IMG/VR virus record: IMGVR_UViG_3300020308_000002
Location: 10,576 to 74,575 of that record
Length of the DNA stretch: 64,000 bases
Source of the DNA: a virus
Taxonomy: Duplodnaviria; Caudoviricetes
Reading direction: 5' to 3' (one strand)
The notes beneath the pieces are model-generated. The model saw only the letters and a program-made list of their open reading frames with translations, did not search any database and had not been told where the DNA came from. Shown here piece by piece: positions 33,055-42,278 of this stretch; within the stretch, counting starts at the first letter, position 1; each line of letters begins with the position of its first letter. A program made the position numbers and the translations under genes.

Positions 33055-35419
33055 ATTCAGCGTCCACCCAACGCTCAAAGATAAGCCAAGCCATTGGGCT
33101 GCGGCTTATGGAAAAAATTGGCGTCGTCAATCTGGCACGTTAAATGAATTAAAAGACCACGTCAGTCATGGCGGAGCATTCATTGCTTCTGCGATGATCT
33201 CTGGTCACAGGAATAGTGCCGCCTTTGATCATTCCGACTTAGCTGTTGTAGATATAGACAACGGTTTAACGTTAGAAGATTTCTTCAAGCATCCACTATC
33301 TAAATCTGCAGCTTGGGTTTACACCTCTGCCAGTCATAAGCCAGAACAAGGTAAAGATCGATTTCGTATTGTTTTTCAACTACCAGAAAGAGTTTCCGAT
33401 GGGGAACTTTATAAATCCATTACAGGATTGCTGATCAGATCTTTAGGTGGTGATGCTAATTGCTCTGACTTATGTCGTGTATTCTATGGCAACAGTCGAT
33501 CTTCTCATCCTCTTTGGCAACCTAAAGCAGAACTAACTCCAGAAATCATTAGTGATGCACAGAAAGCATCTGATTTACATAAATCGACTTATAATTCTCA
33601 ATCAGCAAATGTAGATGAACACTCAATTAACCTTGCTGCTTATTGTCTCGAGCACGTGTTGGATCCTACTTCCGATGGTGATAGAGACCAATTCTGTAAT
33701 ATCACCAGAGCAGCCAGCACTGGAGGAGACGCCTTGTTTTCCTACTGGTCAGACTGGGCATCTAGAGGACATCATGGAAAAGGAAAAAACTCATCCCAAA
33801 CTTCAGAAAGATTTTTCAGAGGTTGGAGAGGACGTTCATTAGCTACCATCTTTTGGGTTGCCGATACTCAATCACCTGACTGGAGAAAATCTTTACCACC
33901 TGAGCTAAAAATAGCGACTGGAGATTTTAAACTAGGAGTACATGGCAATGCCTTCGGTGGTTATGACCACGAAGATTTTTGCGGGGAAAGCGAAGCAAAC
34001 CGATGGGATGATGAAACGGAAGAAAAAATACAAGGATTATTTGGCTCAGACAAGCCATGGTCACAAGTAGCAGTATTAACTAAGCCAAATGAGGAAAGTG
34101 AACCGGCTGAATCAGTTCTTCCAGAAGTAGCAGCTCCATTCGATCACGACGAACCAGATGAACCAGCTCCACCTAGGAGAAGAGGAGGAGGCAACGATGA
34201 AGATTTAGTTGAAAGAATTAAGGATTTACTGAATGCTCATTACAACGGTCTAAGACTGAATTGCATGAGTCAACAGCTTGTCTACGGACCGCAAAATAAT
34301 CCTCAAGAGATTCACGATGTTTCTCAATCTTATGTTTATATATCTAGAGGCCAAGGACAAATCTTCCCTAAAACTCTTGTCTTTGATTTAGCAGGAGTTA
34401 TAGGTTATGAGAATCGTTACCATCCTGTAAAGTCATACCTTGAGCATTGTGCTGCTACCTCGGATATCTGTCCTTACTTCGACAAGATTGCTACTGAGCT
34501 ATTAGGAGTACCAAAAGATAGTATTCAAAATCCAATCATGCCGTGTGGAAATCACTTGGCTGATGTCGTTATGAAGCGATTCTTGATTGGTGCGGTTGCT
34601 CGTGTACTAAATCCTGGATGTAGACATGACTGGATGCCAATCCTAATAGGTAGTCAAAACTGTGGTAAGACAACATTCTTCCAATACTTAACTCCTCCTG
34701 CTGTTAATGACCCCGGTAATTACCCTTGGGTCGTAACAATGCAGCAAGGAATTGAATATTTAAAAGAAAAACCTCATGCTTTACATGCTGGATGGTTTGT
34801 CATCATGGATGAATTTGAACGTTACTGCAAAAGAAAATATTCAGAAGAATTAAAGAACCTTGTTTCTGTTTCAGTTGATAGATCTGCGAGGAAGTATGAG
34901 AATGAAAAATCTTATCCTCGTGCTTTTGTTTTAGGAGCAGCTACTAATAACTCTGATTTCCTCTGCGATCCAACAGGTAATCGTAGATTCATGCCAATCA
35001 TTGTTGAAGGTAAGGTTCCCTCGAAAGACAACCCTGCTGTAAAGATTATTGATCTAGATCGCTTAAAGAAAGATCGTAACTCAATCTGGGCAGCAGCATA
35101 TAAGGCATATCTTGATAACCCTGTGCATGTCTTCTCTAGTTATGAATTAAGTTTCATCTCCGATTATCAAGACTCTTTCACAAGGGATACTCCGATTGAT
35201 TCGGTTGTTACTCGTGCATTAGAAACTAATTCCAGTGGCTATCACGGCGACAAGTCTTACGTTGTATTGGCTGATTTGTTCGGATGGATAGATGTTAACG
35301 TTGCTCAACAAGGGCAAATGAACACTCCTGTAACAGATTGTTTAAAAAGATTAGGTTATAAACCGAAAAGAATCAAAAGAAATAATAAAAGTCAGAGGGT
35401 TTGGATGAAAGATTCCTGA
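33041..35419 (+). CDS. Primase-helicase: N-terminal primase-like domain, PriCT-like domain, C-terminal VapE (virulence-associated E) P-loop domain
   Basis: AVVDID and DRFRIVF; WSDWAS; RFLIGAVAR..PGC, LIGSQNCGKTT, DEFE, and TGNRRF. Confidence 0.88.
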   Translation: MKKIEFSVHPTLKDKPSHWAAAYGKNWRRQSGTLNELKDHVSHGGAFIASAMISGHRNSAAFDHSDLAVVDIDNGLTLEDFFKHPLSKSAAWVYTSASHKPEQGKDRFRIVFQLPERVSDGELYKSITGLLIRSLGGDANCSDLCRVFYGNSRSSHPLWQPKAELTPEIISDAQKASDLHKSTYNSQSANVDEHSINLAAYCLEHVLDPTSDGDRDQFCNITRAASTGGDALFSYWSDWASRGHHGKGKNSSQTSERFFRGWRGRSLATIFWVADTQSPDWRKSLPPELKIATGDFKLGVHGNAFGGYDHEDFCGESEANRWDDETEEKIQGLFGSDKPWSQVAVLTKPNEESEPAESVLPEVAAPFDHDEPDEPAPPRRRGGGNDEDLVERIKDLLNAHYNGLRLNCMSQQLVYGPQNNPQEIHDVSQSYVYISRGQGQIFPKTLVFDLAGVIGYENRYHPVKSYLEHCAATSDICPYFDKIATELLGVPKDSIQNPIMPCGNHLADVVMKRFLIGAVARVLNPGCRHDWMPILIGSQNCGKTTFFQYLTPPAVNDPGNYPWVVTMQQGIEYLKEKPHALHAGWFVIMDEFERYCKRKYSEELKNLVSVSVDRSARKYENEKSYPRAFVLGAATNNSDFLCDPTGNRRFMPIIVEGKVPSKDNPAVKIIDLDRLKKDRNSIWAAAYKAYLDNPVHVFSSYELSFISDYQDSFTRDTPIDSVVTRALETNSSGYHGDKSYVVLADLFGWIDVNVAQQGQMNTPVTDCLKRLGYKPKRIKRNNKSQRVWMKDS

Positions 35420-35453
35420 GATTCTCAAGACAAGACTAAGACAATCCAACTTC

Positions 35454-35489
35454 AAGACTGCTGATATAACTTAATCAGTGGTCTTTTTT
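35454..35489 (+). terminator. Intrinsic terminator after the primase gene
   Basis: AAGACTGCTGAT-N8-ATCAGTGGTCTT then TTTT. Confidence 0.75.
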
Positions 35490-35509
35490 ATTGAGCATTC
35501 ACCAGCTTA

Positions 35510-35731
35510 GGTGCCAGGGTCTCTCCTTGTTCTTCCTTGTGCGGGAATAAGTCTTATTAAGAAGTACCAGGGGTGCCACCTTTCTACAAAACCTCTCTCG
35601 ATTAAAAATAAAATTATTCACTTTTTTCTTCTCTTATTATTTACATATGTGAAGAAGTTAGTTATAAATAACAAGAAAGGAGAATATCTCTAAAAAAGTT
35701 TATAGACACCCTGTCACCCCCGGCACCCTGG
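35510..35731. other. Origin-like region: GC-rich inverted repeats flanking an AT-rich core
   Basis: GGTGCCAGGGT (35510) vs ACCCTGTCACC (35708); CCAGGGGTGCC (35567) vs GGCACCCTGG (35722); core approx 35590-35705 is visibly A/T-rich. Confidence 0.5.
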
Positions 35732-35740
35732 TTACATCCT

Positions 35741-36043
35741 ATGACTCATCCAATGTACAATACCGACCGCGCAATCGTGGATCGGCTATCATCAAAACCA
35801 TTAGACGAGCTATCCGATGCAGACATTGTCAATGCAGCACGACTTCTTATTCGTTATAACGGCATATCTGACGGTAAAGATATTCGAGGTGATATTGTCT
35901 TGGCGCTTCATAAGTGGAACAAGACTCCCAATCAGCTTCACATTAAAGCAAGAGAAATCTGGCAAGGAGGCTGGAGACCAAGCGATCTCCTTAAAGACGA
36001 AGTAGGGTCAGGTGCTGACGTTATCTCAGGTTGCGGCTCTTAG
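35741..36043 (+). CDS. DUF3288-family protein
   Basis: HPMYNTDRAIVDRL...ARLLIRYNG...DI...W..T...L..K.REI. Confidence 0.75.
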   Translation: MTHPMYNTDRAIVDRLSSKPLDELSDADIVNAARLLIRYNGISDGKDIRGDIVLALHKWNKTPNQLHIKAREIWQGGWRPSDLLKDEVGSGADVISGCGS

Positions 36044-36233
36044 TAAATAAAGTCTGAGTATCTACAGCATCCGCATCTGGCGGACCCATGGATTTGTATT
36101 CCAATTGTTGTTCTAAAAATTTAATCTTGGCAGACTTTTCCTTTAATTCTTGTTGTAATTCTTCGATGTGATCTTGATAAACAGTAATCATACTTTTCAG
36201 TTGAGTAACTTCATTTTCTAGATCCCAGTCCAC
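36021..36233 (-). CDS. Coiled-coil hypothetical protein
   Basis: 70 aa, GTG start. Confidence 0.55.
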   Translation of the reverse strand: MDWDLENEVTQLKSMITVYQDHIEELQQELKEKSAKIKFLEQQLEYKSMGPPDADAVDTQTLFTKSRNLR

Positions 36234-36455
36234 TCATCTACGCCCCTTAGATGAACTTTCCAGTTGTCTTAACCTCATTTCATGATCTTTGACATCTTCC
36301 TTTAAGATTATTATATCTTTGCCAAGTTCATTTCTTAATAATTGAACTTCATGGAGTATGGCTTCCATACCTCTTTTCATGCTTCCTTGAGTGAATGCCA
36401 TGCGCCACAAAGCACTCGCAGTTGCAATTCCAATAACAGCGGTGACTTCTAGCAA
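36234..36455 (-). CDS. Small TM plus coiled-coil protein
   Basis: 73 aa. Confidence 0.6.
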   Translation of the reverse strand: MLEVTAVIGIATASALWRMAFTQGSMKRGMEAILHEVQLLRNELGKDIIILKEDVKDHEMRLRQLESSSKGRR

Positions 36456-36482
36456 GATAAAACCTCCTTACATCTTTATTCT

Positions 36483-36989
36483 ATGTCATCTTTAAGACCA
36501 CCTCGATCTCCAAAAAGTTGGGATCAACGTTTTTTATACGCAGCAAGAATGTTTGCTAGTTGGTCAAAAGATCCTAGTACTAAAGTTGGTGCCGTAGCAG
36601 TACGTGATAGACGAATTCTAGTCGAAGGTTACAACGGTTTACCGAAAGGTATAACAGATTCTGACATAAGACTCAAGAATCGAGACACTCGCTTAAGTAT
36701 GACAGTGCATGCTGAGATGAATTGTGTAGCTTTTGCGGCTCGTAATGGAGTGTGTTTAGCGGGAGCAACAATGTATGTTTGGCCTTTAATGACTTGTAGT
36801 CAGTGTGCATCGGTTCTAATTCAAGCAGACATCGCCTCTATTGTTGTCCCTGATTTTGTAGAACCTTTCAGATGGCAAGAATCATTCGACAAGGCAAGAG
36901 AAATGTGCGTAGAAGCAGGGATCGCAGTTCACCGCATCCCTATGGAAGGATCTGTAGATGGTATAGAAGAAGAACTTCCAACCGAGTAA
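36483..36989 (+). CDS. dCMP deaminase
   Basis: SKDPSTKVGA, GYNGLP, HAEMN, and TCSQCA Zn ligands. Confidence 0.92.
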   Translation: MSSLRPPRSPKSWDQRFLYAARMFASWSKDPSTKVGAVAVRDRRILVEGYNGLPKGITDSDIRLKNRDTRLSMTVHAEMNCVAFAARNGVCLAGATMYVWPLMTCSQCASVLIQADIASIVVPDFVEPFRWQESFDKAREMCVEAGIAVHRIPMEGSVDGIEEELPTE

Positions 36990-37060
36990 AGGGTTGATAA
37001 AAATTTATCACTAGTTAGATTGACTACCGTAGCTGGTAAGTGAATGACTACACGTTCTGA

Positions 37061-37285
37061 ATGGAAAAACTACAAATTGGACACAGAGTGAAACATAAGA
37101 ATGACAACAGAGATGGTTTTGTAATAGGTAACCCAACGAATGAATTGGTTCCTATAGCAATAGAAGGCAGTACTCGTAAGGAGCAATGGCCTATCTCTCT
37201 GATTCAAAAGAAACCTAAAAGACAACAACTACCTTTGTTTGGTGGAACATTTAAACCACCCACTGGTTTTCCTCTGAATATTTAA
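37061..37285 (+). CDS. SH3-like small protein
   Basis: LQIGHRVKHKNDNRDGFVI. Confidence 0.6.
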   Translation: MEKLQIGHRVKHKNDNRDGFVIGNPTNELVPIAIEGSTRKEQWPISLIQKKPKRQQLPLFGGTFKPPTGFPLNI

Positions 37286-37287
37286 CC

Positions 37288-37968
37288 ATGGCTCAATGGC
37301 CTTTACCGCCAAACCTACACAGTGAAATAGCAGGTGGACCTGTGTGTTTTCATGCGGATCATTCCATAGGATCGAAAGATGGATTGGTGCCTAGATATAC
37401 AGATAGTCATGCTTGTGTCAAATGTATTAGTGCTTTAACTGAAGGTCGCTTATCTTTAGATGTTCATAAAATAGAAAGAAAATATCGTCGACGTTTTTTA
37501 GAATTTTGGTCATTTGTTGAAATAAAAGATCCTGACGAATGCTGGCCTTGGAGGGGTAAGTATCATTCAAGATCTAACTCTAGTTATTTTCCTATCCCAA
37601 GGCATTGGGGATCAGGTAGACAATATTCTGCTCAACGTGTTGCTGCTTGGTTTACTTGGGGAGACATCGGACGCCTGCCTATTAAAGCTGTGTGTGGAAA
37701 TAATAATTGCTGTAACCCTTTACATCTAAGAGTCAAAGGAGTTCCACACTTCTTTCACAATCGTCATATGCAATTAATTGACTTAGAGTTTAATTCCAAT
37801 AAGTTGACTCATGAGACACAGCTATTTTTAGAAACCACTTGCGATAAAGATCCTCGTCGTTTTGAAAAGATACAAAAAGCCAACCGATTATGGATTGATT
37901 TCAGACTTCAAGCCAGTGGTCCTCTAAGTCCTTTCACAATGGGAGAGAAGACTTTCTCGGACGATTAA
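37288..37968 (+). CDS. HNH/His-Cys-box-like Zn-binding protein, catalytic His apparently lost
   Basis: ECWPWRG, SAQRVAAW, and KAVCGNNNCCNPLHL in place of H-x-C-x-N-x-x-C-x-NP-x-HL. Confidence 0.7.
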   Translation: MAQWPLPPNLHSEIAGGPVCFHADHSIGSKDGLVPRYTDSHACVKCISALTEGRLSLDVHKIERKYRRRFLEFWSFVEIKDPDECWPWRGKYHSRSNSSYFPIPRHWGSGRQYSAQRVAAWFTWGDIGRLPIKAVCGNNNCCNPLHLRVKGVPHFFHNRHMQLIDLEFNSNKLTHETQLFLETTCDKDPRRFEKIQKANRLWIDFRLQASGPLSPFTMGEKTFSDD

Positions 37969-38001
37969 TATATAAGTATTGGTAATTAATCAACTACGAT
38001 A

Positions 38002-38910
38002 ATGGCACCTAGATGGGATTGGTCAACGCACTCTCCAAGTAAAGGAGGTATATCTGGCAATTATGGAGGTTATAGAGACAGCATTGGAGCCGACATATTA
38101 GCAGGCTATGGCGACGATGATACTTTTGATAGAAGCGAATTAAACACAATTACTAGTCGTTTATACGACATCAAAGGAGATGGCAGAGCTCCACATCGTG
38201 GTAATTATTTTGATGATGGAGCCGCCACTCAAGATGCAATCGCTCGCTTGATAACCACCAAAGGTATTAAGACTAGTGATGATATTCTCAAACAATATGG
38301 CTTAAGACAAGATCAAGCAACTGGAGATATTATTTCTAGTGCAGGATTTTCTAGTCATGCTTTTGGTGCTAGCCCAGGAAGTAATGCCACTTTTGCAGGC
38401 TACGGTTCTAAGGGTGACTTCGCAGGTTCACAATACAGTTACGACGATTTTGCTGAAGGAGAAGTACCTACATGGAGATACACGTATCAAGGAGACTGGA
38501 CTCCCGCTACATCAGACCCTAAATTACCAGATCCCATATTATCTGACGACCCTAAAGGAGATCCAACAGCTACTCAGCAACATTCAGATAATCAACAGGA
38601 ATATCTTAAGTTCACTTATGGCGATGATGATACTTCTATGAAGATCAAGCAAGGCTTTGATGATCCTGATATAAAAGCTGCATTACTAGGCGAATTCATG
38701 AAGCCTGAGAATTTAAATGCAGATGGTTCTTATAAATATGTCACACCTGGGCGTCGACTTGGAGTCGACTTAACCCCATCAGAACAAAGAGGATCAATAC
38801 CTTATGTAAGTCCTGCTCAATACATGAGCAATTTTATTAAAGCTCCACAACTAGGCAGTGCTTCCGACTTGGCATCTAGTTTAAAAAGCCTATCTGACTT
38901 GAAAGCTTAA
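38002..38910 (+). CDS. Hypothetical Gly/Asp-rich protein
   Basis: 302-aa ORF. Confidence 0.75.
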   Translation: MAPRWDWSTHSPSKGGISGNYGGYRDSIGADILAGYGDDDTFDRSELNTITSRLYDIKGDGRAPHRGNYFDDGAATQDAIARLITTKGIKTSDDILKQYGLRQDQATGDIISSAGFSSHAFGASPGSNATFAGYGSKGDFAGSQYSYDDFAEGEVPTWRYTYQGDWTPATSDPKLPDPILSDDPKGDPTATQQHSDNQQEYLKFTYGDDDTSMKIKQGFDDPDIKAALLGEFMKPENLNADGSYKYVTPGRRLGVDLTPSEQRGSIPYVSPAQYMSNFIKAPQLGSASDLASSLKSLSDLKA

Positions 38911-38951
38911 TAAATTGAATTAAACTAAAAGATATAAATATATAAGACAAC

Positions 38952-39731
38952 ATGTCTTCATCTCTAGACGCATTAAAGAAAACACAATCTTGGACTAAAG
39001 ATCCTGAATTTTCATCTTGGTTACAAGGTGTTTACAAAGAAGATCTTGGCAGAGATTTAGGAACAGAAGGTTTGGAATATTGGGGCGGAGATTACCGTGG
39101 TGAAGATAGTGGATACCATAAGGGATCTGGCCTCACTACTGGAGGAACCAAAGCAACTAAACAGCAAATAAGGGATAATATTCGTCGTTCCGATGAATAT
39201 GCAACTTACCAAGCAGGTAAAGGAAGTGATGACGATGACGATGACGATAATGGTGGCGGTGGAAATGGCGGTGGTGGAAATGGCGGTGGTGGAGATGATA
39301 GTGGCGGAGGAAGTAATGCCAATGTCAATGTAGGGGGATTCTCTGACACTCTTCCTGAGTATGAAATCAATAATGCGATGGATGCTGCAACTTCCTACGG
39401 CAACAGACTGGTTGACCACTACACCATGAGATTTCTTCCTGAATGGAAAAAATCCACCAATCTAGCTATTGACGAAGGCACTGCTGGGCTTGGTTTTCAT
39501 GCTAATAGAGCGTTTACTTTAGATGCAGATGGTAATCCTAAAGCAAGATTTGCTATACCAGAGGCAGAAGATCCTAAGGATATGTTTGACTATTACTATG
39601 ACAAGCTTTACGGAGATAATAAAACTGGCAACTCAGGTGTTACTATTGATGATTTAAATAAAAAAATTGATAGTTTAACCAAACAATTAAACGATGCAAA
39701 ATTAATTTCTAACGCAAAGACTATCGTCTAA
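38952..39731 (+). CDS. DUF4214-like domain protein with an Asp/Gly low-complexity linker
   Basis: VYKEDLGRDLGTEGLEYW...IRRSDEY. Confidence 0.7.
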   Translation: MSSSLDALKKTQSWTKDPEFSSWLQGVYKEDLGRDLGTEGLEYWGGDYRGEDSGYHKGSGLTTGGTKATKQQIRDNIRRSDEYATYQAGKGSDDDDDDDNGGGGNGGGGNGGGGDDSGGGSNANVNVGGFSDTLPEYEINNAMDAATSYGNRLVDHYTMRFLPEWKKSTNLAIDEGTAGLGFHANRAFTLDADGNPKARFAIPEAEDPKDMFDYYYDKLYGDNKTGNSGVTIDDLNKKIDSLTKQLNDAKLISNAKTIV

Positions 39732-39808
39732 GTGATAAAACTTAACTGATCAGCACTTGTGTTTTAGTTGCTAGGTATTAATATCGACGCGAATGTACTT
39801 AATAACCT

Positions 39809-40567
39809 GTGTTCAAAGTTTGCACAATTGCGGCTACAGAAATGCCGCAAAAACTAGTTTGTAAAGCATTACTTACCTCTAAAGGAGATCATTTAGACGG
39901 TCTTACTTCGCCCTTTGAATTTGCAGATCAACCATTTGAATACTGGAATGACACAGATTGCGGTCAAGCCGTTACACAATATTATTCCATTCTCGGTCAA
40001 AAAGATCCTAACTATGGCTTATATACTCCTTTTGATCACCCTTCGTTAACTCTTGACATAGAAGCAGATCATTACTCTTTGTTTCAGTTGATTGTGAAAT
40101 CATCCGACATCACATTCAACTTAGAACCATTGAAAAGCATTGCTAATGATATGAAGGAAGAAATAGTTGATTTTCCTCATAGCGAAAATAAAATTGAAGA
40201 TTGGTTTTACGTAAGGCAACCAGGAAATTATCCAGACTTTTACCGCCATAGAAATCCATTCACTCCTGAACATCGAGAAGAACTGTTAGCAGCTTGTTCT
40301 TCTGCTGTGCATGAATATTCCCAAAGAAAAGACGCTCAAATAGATTGCGCTGAAAGACTTTTTCCTATGAATATATTGCAGAAGGCTACTGCTTCAGGTA
40401 GTCTGCGAACATGGCTACGTCTTTTAGACATTAATTCTAGGCCACACAACTCTTATGAGATGCAAAGTTTGATACAACTCATTGCTGACGAAGTATCTAA
40501 ATGGACGCCACAAATCTATAGTTGGTGGTCTAACAACTATCGTTCTCAGCAATTCATATCTTTCTAG
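39809..40567 (+). CDS. thyX: ThyX (FAD-dependent thymidylate synthase) homologue with a degenerate active site
   Basis: Colinear with cyanobacterial ThyX (IAATEMPQ, YTPFDHP, WFYVRQPGNY, SLRTWL..LD, WTPQIYSWW), but the RxHR..S..SxRY signature reads LIVKSSDITFNLEPLK. Confidence 0.75.
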   Translation: MFKVCTIAATEMPQKLVCKALLTSKGDHLDGLTSPFEFADQPFEYWNDTDCGQAVTQYYSILGQKDPNYGLYTPFDHPSLTLDIEADHYSLFQLIVKSSDITFNLEPLKSIANDMKEEIVDFPHSENKIEDWFYVRQPGNYPDFYRHRNPFTPEHREELLAACSSAVHEYSQRKDAQIDCAERLFPMNILQKATASGSLRTWLRLLDINSRPHNSYEMQSLIQLIADEVSKWTPQIYSWWSNNYRSQQFISF

Positions 40568-40569
40568 CT

Positions 40570-40782
40570 ATGAAAATTTTAGTAACAGCAGCTCAAATCC
40601 ATGAAGCTTCGAGCGATGTATTAGATGTATGTAATTGCACTGGTAAAATTTTGCCAGATTCTAAATATGCACAGATTCTTCCCTTAGTAAAAGAGTTAGA
40701 AGAATCATGCGATCAATTACTTGTAGACCTTCAGTTAGATTTTTTTCATGGCACGACCAAAGCCCATAGAGCTATTAGTTAA
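40570..40782 (+). CDS. Hypothetical protein
   Basis: 70 aa. Confidence 0.55.
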   Translation: MKILVTAAQIHEASSDVLDVCNCTGKILPDSKYAQILPLVKELEESCDQLLVDLQLDFFHGTTKAHRAIS

Positions 40783-41203
40783 ATTCTTCCCAGAATTAAC
40801 TGATAAGACATTAGCTTCTTCTAATAAGGAAGCATCCAAAGAATTAAACGTTCGCATCTGCGAGGCGATTATTTCTGATCTAATAAATAAATATGACTCC
40901 TTACACAGCTATATGGGTGACGGAGCATTAATAGTTAAACTAGCCTCGCTGCATGGAAAACCAACAGTTCAAACACAGAATTTTATAAACAAGTTTTCAT
41001 TAGAACAAGACTTAGCAGAAGCTAAGAAAAATGGAGACTCTACTGTAGAAGAATTTTTAAAAGACATACTTCAAAAAGTAAGCAAGATGAACCTCGCGGA
41101 AGAAATCTGTATTTTATTAATCGATAATTCTGGAGGCTCTGCCGCAATATTACCTCGAGAAAATCCTGCAAAAAGAATTCAAGCGATGATGAATGATTTA
41201 TAA
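40748..41203 (+). CDS. Hypothetical protein
   Basis: 151 aa. Confidence 0.7.
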   Translation: MARPKPIELLVKFFPELTDKTLASSNKEASKELNVRICEAIISDLINKYDSLHSYMGDGALIVKLASLHGKPTVQTQNFINKFSLEQDLAEAKKNGDSTVEEFLKDILQKVSKMNLAEEICILLIDNSGGSAAILPRENPAKRIQAMMNDL

Positions 41204-41208
41204 ATTTT

Positions 41209-41844
41209 ATGATTACAAGATTACCTGAGCGACCTAATAAATGTGATCTTGCACCGCCTAAAGATGTTGTGCTTGGAGCTAAATCAGTTCTAGGTGCTAT
41301 TGATTTCGATCCTTATTCGACTAAAGATATTAATAGATTAGTTAACGCTGCTCGTTTTATAGATAGAGATGAAGTTAGTTTAGAACAAATCATTTATCAA
41401 GATTGGGAATCCCCTGGCGATAAAAGAGTCTTTGTAGGAGCACCTACTGGAGCCGCTTTAACAAGACGTTTAATTAATAAAACACTAAAAGAATACAGAG
41501 CTGGTCGGATAGAACATGCTGTCCTTTGGTTAGCACATAACGAAGCAATTATCAGAGCCCCTTGGCTGTGGGACTTCCCTTTATGTATTCCTTTTACACG
41601 TTTAAGACCGACTTGGTGGGATGACGAGTTAGAAGTGTTTAGACCTGTTGCCCCTTCTGATTGGTCAGCAGTTGTATATCTTCCGCCTCCACATCCAAGC
41701 AGTAGATTTCAAACAATGATTTCAAAATTTCATACTGCTTTTAGTCCTTTAGGACGCATTGTTTTTAATGAATACAGTGGTGAAACAGACTGGGAAAATT
41801 CATATAAAAGTACGAAAAAACATGCATATAATTACAGGGAATAA
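41209..41844 (+). CDS. Phage Dam-like N6-adenine methyltransferase homologue with a degenerate catalytic motif
   Basis: SVLGAIDFDPYS..N..V.A.RF (motif I region) intact; NPPY position reads VFVGAPTG. Confidence 0.7.
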   Translation: MITRLPERPNKCDLAPPKDVVLGAKSVLGAIDFDPYSTKDINRLVNAARFIDRDEVSLEQIIYQDWESPGDKRVFVGAPTGAALTRRLINKTLKEYRAGRIEHAVLWLAHNEAIIRAPWLWDFPLCIPFTRLRPTWWDDELEVFRPVAPSDWSAVVYLPPPHPSSRFQTMISKFHTAFSPLGRIVFNEYSGETDWENSYKSTKKHAYNYRE

Positions 41845-42278
41845 TGATAGAAGAAAGTTTATTTGATAAATTTCCTGATTCGTTTATTGCTCCTGATGGT
41901 AATAAATACTTGAGCATTCGTTCTATTGTTTATGATTCATGGATTACTTGGCAAGATGCCATACCGTTTTCTAAAGATCAGCATCAAGCTTTGACTCCAG
42001 AAATACATACAAACATTATTGAATTAGCAACAAAAATACATAAGTTACATCAATCTTTTCCTAACTATAAAACGTTAACAGAACCTCCTTTTGAATTTGT
42101 TTTATGGTGGGATCCATTAGATAAAGACCCTGCATGGAACCAAGGTAAAACATGTCGATTTATGATTGATGAATTCACTGCTGCAGATATTGAATATTAC
42201 AATTCCAATAAGAAAAATAGCAGACTATCTGTTAAGCCTTTAACAAGAAGATTAGTAGAAGTAACTCTAAGTACCTAA
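41844..42278 (+). CDS. Peptidase M15A-like protein lacking Zn ligands
   Basis: WITWQDA ~ hFTw.Ea, NIIELATKI ~ NivrLA, PFEFVLWWDP ~ Pi.itSwYRp, WNQGKTCRF ~ S.HL.G.A.Df. Confidence 0.5.
   Translation: MIEESLFDKFPDSFIAPDGNKYLSIRSIVYDSWITWQDAIPFSKDQHQALTPEIHTNIIELATKIHKLHQSFPNYKTLTEPPFEFVLWWDPLDKDPAWNQGKTCRFMIDEFTAADIEYYNSNKKNSRLSVKPLTRRLVEVTLST

Noticed and set aside
39230-39300. Tandem repeats (GGTGGCGGTGGAAAT; also 63170-63275 and 63961-64000) as regulatory or mobile repeats
   Set aside because: In-frame low-complexity coding linkers (GGGN, DDDT, SSSGGG)
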